Of a DNA stretch of 64,000 nucleotides, positions 34,925 to 42,995 are shown in pieces. A program made the translations under genes and the position numbers. Source of the stretch: Phascolarctobacterium sp. (lineage in GTDB: Bacteria; Bacillota; Negativicutes; Acidaminococcales; Acidaminococcaceae); contig QAMT01000023.1 in assembly GCA_003150755.1 (NCBI GenBank), positions 85,474-149,473 of the forward strand, given 5' to 3'. The number at the start of each line of letters is the position of its first letter. Position 1 is the first letter of the stretch. A model generated the notes under the pieces. That model saw nothing but the letters and a program-made list of their open reading frames with translations, ran no database searches and was not told where the DNA came from.

Positions 34925-35302
34925 TTACCTGTAACGCTGTATAGGGCGCATTATTTCCGCGTGCAGCCCGTCAGCATCTTTCAGCATAACATTTACTGCC
35001 CAGATGCCGCGTCCTGCGTCGTCTTTTATGCGCGCAGCCTGCAAATACGGGCCGTCCTTAAATTGCAAAACATCCTCCAGTTCCAGCAGCAGTGCAAAAT
35101 CCAAACGGTTCCACGCCGTTAAATAACGCTCATCCAAAAGGACTGTTGCCATAATCAGTTCTTCCATGCACCAGCATTCCAGGCGGTAAGGCCTGCCGTC
35201 GCTGAAAGTGCCTTTGGTAAAACCAATGTCAAGCACGCCCTCATCACTCGGCTTGTGCGCCGATATAAGCTGTTTGCTGCGGTCAGGTTCAATAAATTTC
35301 AT
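34925..35302 (-). CDS. Hypothetical protein, no family recognised
   Basis: 125-aa ORF, 20 nt downstream of the HTH gene with SD GGAGAG. No TM segment or signal peptide. Confidence 0.45.
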   Translation of the reverse strand: MKFIEPDRSKQLISAHKPSDEGVLDIGFTKGTFSDGRPYRLECWCMEELIMATVLLDERYLTAWNRLDFALLLELEDVLQFKDGPYLQAARIKDDAGRGIWAVNVMLKDADGLHAEIMRPIQRYR

Positions 35303-35322
35303 ATTCCAGGTTTCACTCTCCG

Positions 35323-36039
35323 TTATTTGTATTGGCTGATAATTTTTTTGCAGTATTTTACAAATTCCTTGCGGCGTTCCGAAGGCGCAGAAAGTTTAAC
35401 GCCGCTTCCCCATCTGATAAGCTGCAAATAAAAAGCTTCGCCGCATACTGCCTGTCCGCTGATAACAACATTGCTGCCCTTTGTTTTTACAACCTGCGCA
35501 GTTGGGCCAAGATAAGCCATCACGTCATCCTGCAATTCAGCCGCACATTTCAGCTCAACAGTTTCTGCATCCTGCATATTTACAGGCTCAGCCGCTTTTG
35601 CTGCTTCCGGTTCTGCGGGCGGCTCGGCCTTAGCCGCTGCGGCAGCTTTTGCTTTTTTAGGCACAGCGGCAAGCGCGGTTTTAACTGTTTCGGCATCATA
35701 TTTACTAAGTAGCGAGCACAGTAAAGTAATAATGCCGTCTGCCCCGGCAGTGCCGGTTTCTTTCAGTGCTTTGCCTGCTTTTACAACATCCTGCGGCGCA
35801 AGCGTGCGGCTTACAAGTTTATAGCTGTTGGCGCGCCCGCGGATAGTTTCGATGTTCATGCCGATGCTGCGCAGCACTTCAATATCATCATACAGGCTTT
35901 TGCGCTCGGCAGCAATGCCAACTGCCGCCAGCTTTTCAGTCAGCTCAGCAATAGTGATGCCGTGTTCAGCGTCGGTGTCTTCCATTAAAAATTTTTGCAG
36001 ATATAGTAATTTTGCTTTTTGATTGCTTTGTTTTGCCAT
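35323..36039 (-). CDS. HTH transcriptional regulator with a YafY/WYL-regulator-type N-terminal wHTH and a WCX-like C-terminal domain, but an Ala/Lys/Pro/Glu low-complexity linker in place of a WYL domain
   Basis: N-terminus KAKLLYLQKFLMEDTDAEHGITIAELTEKL..SLYDDIEVLRSIGMNI; linker AAVPKKAKAAAAAKAEPPAEPEAAKAAEP; C-terminus ..IRWGSGVKLSAPSERRKEFVKY. Start set to the ATG at 36039, 7 nt after AGGTG. Confidence 0.55.
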   Translation of the reverse strand: MAKQSNQKAKLLYLQKFLMEDTDAEHGITIAELTEKLAAVGIAAERKSLYDDIEVLRSIGMNIETIRGRANSYKLVSRTLAPQDVVKAGKALKETGTAGADGIITLLCSLLSKYDAETVKTALAAVPKKAKAAAAAKAEPPAEPEAAKAAEPVNMQDAETVELKCAAELQDDVMAYLGPTAQVVKTKGSNVVISGQAVCGEAFYLQLIRWGSGVKLSAPSERRKEFVKYCKKIISQYK

Positions 36040-36125
36040 GTTCAGCACCTGCCAATGCAATATAATATATTTATTATTTAAACAAAAATCTGATATTACC
36101 TGCTAAAAATAAAAATTTTACGTAA

Positions 36126-36161
36126 AAAATAAATAACCCCAAAAGCATTTTGCCTTTGGGG
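36126..36161 (-). terminator. Terminator after the ArnT-like gene
   Basis: On the minus strand, ccccaaagg-caaaatg-cttttgggg followed by TTATTTATTTTTT. Confidence 0.7.
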
Positions 36162-36168
36162 TATAGAC

Positions 36169-37779
36169 TTACACTTTTCTTAATATGTAATATTCATCCT
36201 TTTCCTTAAGCAGCGACCACTGCTTATCCTGCTCCTTCATAAAGTTTTTCATATCTTTTTCGGCAACAACAACGATATTTGCAGATTCTCCGTAGGCGCG
36301 TATGCCGGCAAATGGCATTACGTTTTTCACCTTCCACGAATATGCCTCCGGCATATATTCGGCCAGCCTGCCGTCGCTGACCAGTTTTACAATCCGTTTA
36401 TCCGAATAAAACACCGCGGAAGTCGGGTATTTTCCGTACAGGCCTATAACCTTTACATCAGGGTAATCTGCTTTAAGCTCCAGCCCCACATCTTTGGCCG
36501 AGCGCATGCCCGCAAACGGTACGGCAACTGCCGGTATTAACAGCAAATTAAAAACAAACGCCGTTAGGGCGATAACAAAAGCAGGCCTGAAGCTGCTTCC
36601 GGAAATAAATTTGTACCATGTCAAAGCAACGCCTGCAATGATTACAACGCCAATCAAAATAAATGCAGCAGTAGATGCAAGGCCTTTAAACCAGCACCAC
36701 AGCGCGCCGCCAAAAAGCGCTAAATAAACTATGTCGCGTATAACAAGCACTGCCGCATTAACGGCGTTTTTGCCGTACACGCTGATATAATCCGCCGTTA
36801 ACAGCGCCAACGGCAGCATCATCGGGTAAGTATATGTCAGATATTTGGTTGCCATATTCTGAAAGAAGAAAAATACCGTAGCTGCCCAAATCAGCAAAAA
36901 CAGCTTTTTCTCCTCCGGTTTGTGCCAGACGCCGCCGCTGTAAACACAATCGCGCAGCACGCGCGGCAAAAAACCGCACCACGGAAAGAACGCCAACAGC
37001 AGCACCAGTGTGTAATAATAAAATACATCATCACGCGGATGTTCGGACACAGTTGCACGCAAAAAGTTATGCGTGCCGAAGAACTGGTCAATAAACGCAC
37101 TGCCGTGCAGATTTACCATAGCCGCATACCAGGGCACAGCAATTACTGCAAAAAGCAGTGTGCCGCTGAATAGCTTCATGTGTTTTAATTCGCGCCAGCC
37201 GTGCGCCGCCGTTAAAAACAGCACCATAATAAGCCCGGGCAGCAAAAAGCCTATCGGCCCTTTGGTTAAAGTTGCCAGAGCCATTGCCGCATACATGCCG
37301 TAATACCAGTTTTTATTTGCTGTGCTGTATGCAAGATAAAAAGATACCAGCGCGCCGCTGAAAAAGAAAAACAGCGTGCTGTCTGTAATAATTGATTTGC
37401 TGATAAGAAAAAACTCTGTGTTTGTAAGCAGAACAATGCCGCTTATAAAAGCTGTTTTTTCGTTAAACAGCTTTTTGCCTGCATATACAGTAAGCCACAG
37501 CGATAAAAGCCCGAACACCGCCGGGAAAAAGCGTGCGGCAAATTCAGTAAAGCCAAAAATTTTAAAGCTCAGGGCAGTCAGCCAGTAAAAAAATACCGGC
37601 TTATCATACCAGTACTGACCGTAAATCTGCGGGGATACCCAGTCCCCGCTCAACACCATTTCTTTGGCGGTCAGCGCATAATTGGATTCTACCGAATCAG
37701 TAATCAAAAGCTGCCCGTTGCCAAAAAACAGCAGCAATAAAGCAGCTCCCCAAAAAATATACCATCTGTAACGCAACAT
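36169..37779 (-). CDS. ArnT/PMT-like (GT39/GT83-type) undecaprenyl-phosphate-sugar-dependent glycosyltransferase
   Basis: 536 aa with 12 or more TM segments. N-terminal block ESNYALTAKEMVLSGDWVSPQIYGQYWYDKPVFFYW is typical of ArnT/PMT_2 enzymes. Confidence 0.75.
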   Translation of the reverse strand: MLRYRWYIFWGAALLLLFFGNGQLLITDSVESNYALTAKEMVLSGDWVSPQIYGQYWYDKPVFFYWLTALSFKIFGFTEFAARFFPAVFGLLSLWLTVYAGKKLFNEKTAFISGIVLLTNTEFFLISKSIITDSTLFFFFSGALVSFYLAYSTANKNWYYGMYAAMALATLTKGPIGFLLPGLIMVLFLTAAHGWRELKHMKLFSGTLLFAVIAVPWYAAMVNLHGSAFIDQFFGTHNFLRATVSEHPRDDVFYYYTLVLLLAFFPWCGFLPRVLRDCVYSGGVWHKPEEKKLFLLIWAATVFFFFQNMATKYLTYTYPMMLPLALLTADYISVYGKNAVNAAVLVIRDIVYLALFGGALWCWFKGLASTAAFILIGVVIIAGVALTWYKFISGSSFRPAFVIALTAFVFNLLLIPAVAVPFAGMRSAKDVGLELKADYPDVKVIGLYGKYPTSAVFYSDKRIVKLVSDGRLAEYMPEAYSWKVKNVMPFAGIRAYGESANIVVVAEKDMKNFMKEQDKQWSLLKEKDEYYILRKV

Positions 37780-37880
37780 AAAAAAATCAACTCCCCTGTT
37801 TCGTTTACGGGTATATTTTATAAAAACACCCTTAACGCTCTATGAAACAGGAGAGCCTGAACCTTAAACCAATATTAAAT

Positions 37881-39149
37881 TTATCTTGCCAGCGGCAATT
37901 TTACTACAAAAACAGTGCCTTGCGGCTTGTTGGGCTTAACGTAAATTTCGCCTTTATGGGCGGAAATTATTTTTTTGGCAATACTCAGCCCCAGGCCAAA
38001 GCCGCCGTTTTGACGGGAACGCGCCTTATCGACGCGGAAGAAGCGCTCAAAAATTTTCTGCGAATCTTCTTTACTGATGCCGATGCCCTCGTCGCTTACT
38101 TTAATTACAGCGTTATGCAGATTGCTTGTAACTTCAAGCTTGATTGTCCCACTTTCGGAATATTTTATAGCATTGTCAATCAGGATAATTAAAAGCTGCT
38201 CAATTTTATGGATATCGCATTTTGCAAAAACATAACTCTCTGTATCAATTTGCAGGTTTAAGCCCTTTTGCTTTGCCAGCGGCAGCATATTTTTATAAAC
38301 TCCGCGGGCAGCCGCTGTTAAATTTTCACGGTGCATATCATAAACAATAACCCCCGCATCGCTGCGCGAGATATTCAGCAAAGTTTCTAAAAGGCGCGAC
38401 ATATACACTGTTTCTTTTTTTAAATCGGCAATAATGCCGGAAGCAAAACTGCTGTATTTGCTGTCGGTATCGCCCTCCAGCGCTTCTACGCCTATGGTTA
38501 AAACGGCAAGCGGCGTGCGCAGCTCGTGCGAAGCGTCAGATGTAAATTCGCGCTCGCGCAAAAACAAAACCTCCATCGGGTGTATGACCCTGGCAGCCAT
38601 AAAATAACCGCCAAGCAACGCCACAGTCAGGCAGGCCAGGCACAAAAGCAGCACAAAATAAATACCGCTTACAGCTGCATCGTAATAATCGCTGATATCC
38701 TTGAAAGTGTAAAGCACGCCAAAATCATTATTATCACCGCGCGCGGAAAGATAAAAATGCCTGCTGCCGTCGGGTTCTTTAAAATACAGCAGAGCGGTTT
38801 CGCCATCCGCCTCGGGCCAGCTTGAACGCAAAGCCTTTATTTTATCTGCCTGCACATATTCCGAAAGCTGGTCTAATATCAGGTTACCAGCGGCATCATA
38901 CATTACCGCCATGCGCTCGCCAGAAGCAATACCGTCCGGATTTACCGGCACTTCCCGGCTGTTGACGTATTCGCGCCATTCATCGCGCACATCGTCAACA
39001 AGCATTTTTTCTTCGTTGCTTAAAACGGCATAGGCAAATACTGCCGACGACGCCAGAACCACTACTGCCAGCACCAATGCAAAAATGCCACCAAAAATTA
39101 TGGTTAAGCGTCTTTTTAATCTTTCAAATGACATCTGTTCCGGCTGCAT
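37881..39149 (-). CDS. Sensor histidine kinase (two TM segments, HisKA + HATPase_c)
   Basis: 422 aa. H-box FTSDASHELRTPL, N-box LIILIDNAIKYS, G-boxes DEGIGI and GGFGLGLSIAKK. Confidence 0.85.
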   Translation of the reverse strand: MQPEQMSFERLKRRLTIIFGGIFALVLAVVVLASSAVFAYAVLSNEEKMLVDDVRDEWREYVNSREVPVNPDGIASGERMAVMYDAAGNLILDQLSEYVQADKIKALRSSWPEADGETALLYFKEPDGSRHFYLSARGDNNDFGVLYTFKDISDYYDAAVSGIYFVLLLCLACLTVALLGGYFMAARVIHPMEVLFLREREFTSDASHELRTPLAVLTIGVEALEGDTDSKYSSFASGIIADLKKETVYMSRLLETLLNISRSDAGVIVYDMHRENLTAAARGVYKNMLPLAKQKGLNLQIDTESYVFAKCDIHKIEQLLIILIDNAIKYSESGTIKLEVTSNLHNAVIKVSDEGIGISKEDSQKIFERFFRVDKARSRQNGGFGLGLSIAKKIISAHKGEIYVKPNKPQGTVFVVKLPLAR

Positions 39150-39801
39150 AACCCACTCCGCGTATCGTTTTAATCAAAGTCCCAGCGTTTAATTTTTTCA
39201 GCTTACGCCTAAGTGCGCTGATATGTACGTCAAGGTTGTTTTCTGTAATATCGCCGTCAATACCCCAGATGCGCTCCAGCAAAACATCCCTGGGAATTAT
39301 CTTGCCGGCATTGCGCAAAAGAAACTCCAGCAGCTTATATTCCCTCGGGCGCAGCTCTACGCTTTCTCCGTTATAGCTTATAGTGTAGTCGTCGCCCTTA
39401 AGGACAAAGCCTTTATATTCAAGATTTTCGTTGATGTAACTGCCCTGACGCCTGTTTAATGCATGCAGGCGCGCTGTAAGTTCTGATATGGCAAAGGGCT
39501 TTACAAGATAATCATCTGCGCCGGAGTTTAAGCCCTGCACCCTGTCATCAATGCTGTCACGGGCGGTCAACAGTAAAATTTTGCCCTGATAATCTTCGCT
39601 TCTGAGCTGTTTGCAAACACTGATACCGTCCATTTTGGGCATCATCCAGTCAAGCACAAGCACGTCAAAACCATCTTTATAACATTCCTGACAGGCCGCT
39701 TTTCCGTCTGTCACCCATTTTACCGAAAAGCCCTGCTTGCCTAAAACATTTTTCAGCATCCGGCCCAAAGTCAGGTCGTCTTCAGCCAGTAAAATCTTCA
39801 T
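39124..39801 (-). CDS. OmpR/PhoB-family response regulator
   Basis: 225 aa. Receiver domain (DVLVLDWMMPKMDG, KP) and winged-helix output domain (LTxREYKLLEFL..IRGVGY). Overlaps the kinase gene by 26 nt. Confidence 0.9.
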   Translation of the reverse strand: MKILLAEDDLTLGRMLKNVLGKQGFSVKWVTDGKAACQECYKDGFDVLVLDWMMPKMDGISVCKQLRSEDYQGKILLLTARDSIDDRVQGLNSGADDYLVKPFAISELTARLHALNRRQGSYINENLEYKGFVLKGDDYTISYNGESVELRPREYKLLEFLLRNAGKIIPRDVLLERIWGIDGDITENNLDVHISALRRKLKKLNAGTLIKTIRGVGYAAGTDVI

Positions 39802-39884
39802 CGCAACACCCCCATTTTATATAACAATTTTATGAAATATATCTTAAAATAATCTTAAAAAGCTGAATTTACGCTTAAATTTTT

Positions 39885-39917
39885 TTATTAAAAAACAGCG
39901 GCCAAAGCCGCTGTTTT
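39885..39917 (-). terminator. Terminator after the Na+/solute symporter gene
   Basis: aaaacagcggc-caaa-gccgctgtttt followed on the minus strand by TTAATAAAAAAA-type T-rich context. Confidence 0.7.
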
Positions 39918-39942
39918 AACTGTATTCATTAAATTTTACAAA

Positions 39943-41331
39943 TCAGGCCGCTTTTCTGCCGGGTTTAATTACCGCAACCACAGCATAAGCAATAATGCAA
40001 ATCAGCCATTCCATATAAATAATGTTAGGCAAAATGCGCACTGCCGGCACAAGCTGCCACAAAATAAGCATTACAAAACCGGCAAGCAGCGTCCAGAAGC
40101 CTGCCTCTTTGCAGCTGTGCTGCGGAAAGAACAGCGCCACAATAACAATAACGCTGAACGCCGCCGTAAGGCTGAGGCCTATCATAATAGTACCCAAAAT
40201 GCTCGATACCGTCATGGCTAGGCCCAAAGTCATCAGTCCGGAAACCATAACGCACAGCCTGGTCATTAAAATCTGCTTGGAACCATCCGCCTCGGGATTG
40301 ATAAAGCGTTTGTAAATATCGTTGCTGAACAGCGTGCCAGCCGATAAAAGCAGGTTGCATGCCGTCGATACGTCTGCCGCCCACAGCGCAGCAAGCGTAA
40401 TGCCTGCTAGAACCGGCTGCAAACTTACGATAACTTCCGGCAATGCCAGTGCAGCCTGTGCGTCCGGGTACATTGCCTTGGCGCAAATGCCCAGGAACGC
40501 AGCCAGAACGCCTACCGGCAGCATAATAATGCCGCCCCATACAAAGCCTTTTTTAGCGGTTTCCGCATCTTTTGCCCCAAGTGAAATCTGCAAAATGCTT
40601 TGCAGAGAAAGATTTACAGTTATCAGCGTTACTACCCAGCTGGTAATTGTCATCATGCCGACGCCTTCAGTGAAGCTGAACCAGGGCACATCCGGCGGCA
40701 GCGATGCTGCCAGCCCTTCCATCCCGCCGACGCGGTAAAACTGCACCACTGTGGCAATTAAAATGCCGGCGTATATCAGCACAATGTTCATTACATTAGA
40801 CAGCGACGCTGACCACATTCCGCCGATAAAGGTGATGCCGATAAATACAATTGCACTGACAACCATGCCGGTATGAAAATCAAACACATCAGGCATAATA
40901 GCGTGCAGAATACTGCCGCCTGCAATATATTGAAGCGAAATAATAACCAGCTGAATTACAATCTGGCAAAAAACGCCCAACACAACGGCTTTCATGTCAT
41001 GGTGGCGCTCAATAAGCTCCGAAATTGTAGTAATATTCTGCTCGCGGTATTTTTTAGCCATAAAAAGACCCATCACAATAGCGCCAAGCGCCCAGGCAAT
41101 GGTATACCAACCGGCAGAAAGCCCAACGCGGAAGGCATGCTCCGACACACCAATGGTAGAAGCGCCGCCGACGGCAAGGCCGATAATTGTTACGGCAATC
41201 AGCGGCACCGAAAGCCTGCGCCCTGCAAGCGCATAGTTTTCGGCTTCGCCTTCGCTGCGCTTTTTAGCGTACCAGCTGATGGCAAAAAGCGCAACAATGT
41301 ACAAAATTAAAATTGCTAATGAAACTGACAT
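39943..41331 (-). CDS. Sodium:solute symporter family (SSF) transporter
   Basis: 462 aa, about 13 TM segments. N-terminal block ENYALAGRRLSVPLIAVTIIGLAVGGASTIG is typical of SSF. Confidence 0.8.
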   Translation of the reverse strand: MSVSLAILILYIVALFAISWYAKKRSEGEAENYALAGRRLSVPLIAVTIIGLAVGGASTIGVSEHAFRVGLSAGWYTIAWALGAIVMGLFMAKKYREQNITTISELIERHHDMKAVVLGVFCQIVIQLVIISLQYIAGGSILHAIMPDVFDFHTGMVVSAIVFIGITFIGGMWSASLSNVMNIVLIYAGILIATVVQFYRVGGMEGLAASLPPDVPWFSFTEGVGMMTITSWVVTLITVNLSLQSILQISLGAKDAETAKKGFVWGGIIMLPVGVLAAFLGICAKAMYPDAQAALALPEVIVSLQPVLAGITLAALWAADVSTACNLLLSAGTLFSNDIYKRFINPEADGSKQILMTRLCVMVSGLMTLGLAMTVSSILGTIMIGLSLTAAFSVIVIVALFFPQHSCKEAGFWTLLAGFVMLILWQLVPAVRILPNIIYMEWLICIIAYAVVAVIKPGRKAA

Positions 41332-41537
41332 TAAATCCTCCCCCTCTTTTCAGCTTTCCATCAAATTCAATGATTTAATTTTACGAAATGTCCGCTATAA
41401 AGTCAATAGAAGTTACATTGCAGGCAGTAAAAAGATTGTATTTTAGCCAATTATTACATTTTTTGCCTGTAAAACATATACAGACAATCCACGCGAAATA
41501 GCCGTAAAAATTTTTTAAATTTTTTCTAAAAATATGC

Positions 41538-41566
41538 TTGACAGTACGATAATAAAACAGTATAAT
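41538..41566 (+). promoter_or_regulatory. Consensus promoter of the stand-alone tRNA-Arg gene
   Basis: TTGACA-17 nt-TATAAT, 35 nt upstream of the tRNA 5' end. Confidence 0.8.
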
Positions 41567-41600
41567 ATCTTTTGTCAGCAGCAAGGCTGATAAAAAACGT

Positions 41601-41677
41601 GACTCCGTAGCTCAGTTGGATAGAGCGTTTGACTACGAATCAAAAGGTCGCAGGTTCGAATCCTGCCGGGGCCACCA
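41601..41677 (+). tRNA. tRNA-Arg (anticodon ACG)
   Basis: GACTCCGTAGCTCAGTTGGATAGAGCGTTTGACTACGAATCAAAAGGTCGCAGGTTCGAATCCTGCCGGGGCCACCA. Loop CTACGAA, encoded CCA. The acceptor stem has an A2-C71 mismatch. Confidence 0.9.
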
Positions 41678-41689
41678 TTTAAAAAATAG

Positions 41690-41720
41690 CACCGCAGAAT
41701 ATGCGGTGTTTTTTATTTTC
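41690..41720 (+). terminator. Terminator after tRNA-Arg
   Basis: caccgca-gaata-tgcggtg followed by TTTTTTATTTT. Confidence 0.8.
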
Positions 41721-41838
41721 CATATACATTCTCCATAATATAGCAAAAGCGATGGCAAACACCATCGCTTTTTTATTACCAAAAAATCCCGGAAAACTGA
41801 GGTTTCCGGGATTTTTCATTATATACTTTATATACTTT

Positions 41839-42408
41839 TTAAAACGGCAAACCGTAAAAACTGTCGTACAAACCAACAAGGCCAAACAGAATAAAGATGC
41901 TGGCTGCAAACCATTTAACTGCGCGCTCGGGAATGCGTTTGCCAAGCACATTGCCTACAATAACGCCGAAACCGTCGGCAATCATCATACCGGCAGTAGT
42001 TCCCATCCATACCGGCAAAATAGTGTGGAACTGCGCCGCCAGCGCCACGGTTGCCAGCTGAGTTTTATCGCCCATTTCCGCAATAAAAAAGGCAATGGCA
42101 ACTGTCCAGAACGGGCTGCGCCCTGTTTCTTTATCTTCGCCGTCCAGCTTGTCGCCGCGGATTGTCCAAAGGCCGAAGATTATAAACGAAATGGAAGCCG
42201 CTATCTGAATGGTTTCCATCGGTATAAATTCATTTAAGTAAGAACCTACTGCAACAGCCAGAAGATGATTGAAAACCGTCGCCGCAAAAACACCTGCCAT
42301 AACTGTCTTCCAGTTATACCTGGTAGCAAAAGCCATCGCCAAAAGCTGGGTCTTATCTCCCATTTCTGCCAAAACTACAAAAATACATGCTGTCATAAAC
42401 GCTGTCAT
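41839..42408 (-). CDS. UPF0016 (GDT1/TMEM165/MneA-type) Mn2+/Ca2+ exporter
   Basis: 189 aa. Two copies of the E-x-G-D-K-T motif (LAEMGDKTQLLAM; IAEMGDKTQLATV) and 6 TM segments. Confidence 0.85.
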   Translation of the reverse strand: MTAFMTACIFVVLAEMGDKTQLLAMAFATRYNWKTVMAGVFAATVFNHLLAVAVGSYLNEFIPMETIQIAASISFIIFGLWTIRGDKLDGEDKETGRSPFWTVAIAFFIAEMGDKTQLATVALAAQFHTILPVWMGTTAGMMIADGFGVIVGNVLGKRIPERAVKWFAASIFILFGLVGLYDSFYGLPF

Positions 42409-42511
42409 AAAAATTTAACCCTCCTAAAATCTCCATAAAATAAAATTTAAGTGTCAGCGTTATGGCGTATCTGCCGTTTTATCACATCCCTCATCCAGTT
42501 TATCTATAAAA

Positions 42512-42660
42512 TAAAAAAACGAGACACCTTAGCACAAAAGAAATACACGTACTTCTTCTGTGCTAAAGGTCTCGTTTTTAGCTGTTAAGCTAAAGAATAA
42601 GCCAAACCGCAAGCGGCTAGTATGTTGACTTATTGCCGGGAACTACTCCCCTTTAGTTGA
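42512..42660 (-). promoter_or_regulatory. yybP-ykoY manganese riboswitch with terminator expression platform, controlling the UPF0016 gene
   Basis: The minus-strand RNA reads CUAAAGGGGAGUAG...GUCAACAUAC...GAGACCUUUAG (P1 = CUAAAGG/CCUUUAG). The 3' P1 strand is shared with the terminator cgagacctttagcacag...ttgtgctaaggtgtctcg plus U7. Confidence 0.85.
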
Positions 42661-42685
42661 TTTTCGGTTTTCGGTTAATGTAAAG

Positions 42686-42714
42686 ATTTTAACAGAACAG
42701 CAAAAACAAGTCAA
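42686..42714 (-). promoter_or_regulatory. Promoter of the riboswitch/UPF0016 transcript
   Basis: Minus strand reads TTGACT-17 nt-TAAAAT, about 25 nt upstream of the aptamer. Confidence 0.7.
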
Positions 42715-42776
42715 GTAAAATTTTAAATTTTCTTACGCGCTGTGCTGACAAAAGTCCGCGTGTATACAGAATTTCA

Positions 42777-42805
42777 TTGATATTTTACATAAAAAATGTT
42801 ATACT
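42777..42805 (+). promoter_or_regulatory. Promoter of the second riboswitch/P-type ATPase transcript
   Basis: TTGATA-17 nt-TATACT with TG at the extended -10 position (TGtTATACT). Confidence 0.65.
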
Positions 42806-42835
42806 TTTGATAAGTTATATTATAGCAGTATGACT

Positions 42836-42935
42836 TATGATGAGGGAGTAGTTACCGCAAAAATGCGGGGGCATCTCAACAAGCACGGCTGAGATAATCA
42901 CCTGGTTTGCCTTAATTAACGAGACTCATGCGGGC
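42836..42935 (+). promoter_or_regulatory. Second yybP-ykoY-like manganese riboswitch aptamer, upstream of the P-type ATPase
   Basis: AUGAG-GGAGUAG-UUACCGCAAAAAUGCGG...UCUCAACAAGC...UUAAC-GAGA-CUCAU. It has the same GGAGUAG / UCAACA / GAGA+P1 layout as the copy at 42512-42660. No U-tract terminator follows. Confidence 0.65.
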
Positions 42936-42995
42936 TAAAGTCATAAAGCTATGAGCTTGCGCAGATGTTCAAAAAAATTAAGGGAGGCAACATCA

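Noticed and set aside
41381-42237. Track ORFs 41381-41584 (minus), 41679-41951 (minus) and 41701-42237 (plus).
   Set aside because: They overlap the tRNA-Arg promoter and terminator, or run antisense to or out of frame with the UPF0016 gene. They have no translation signals.
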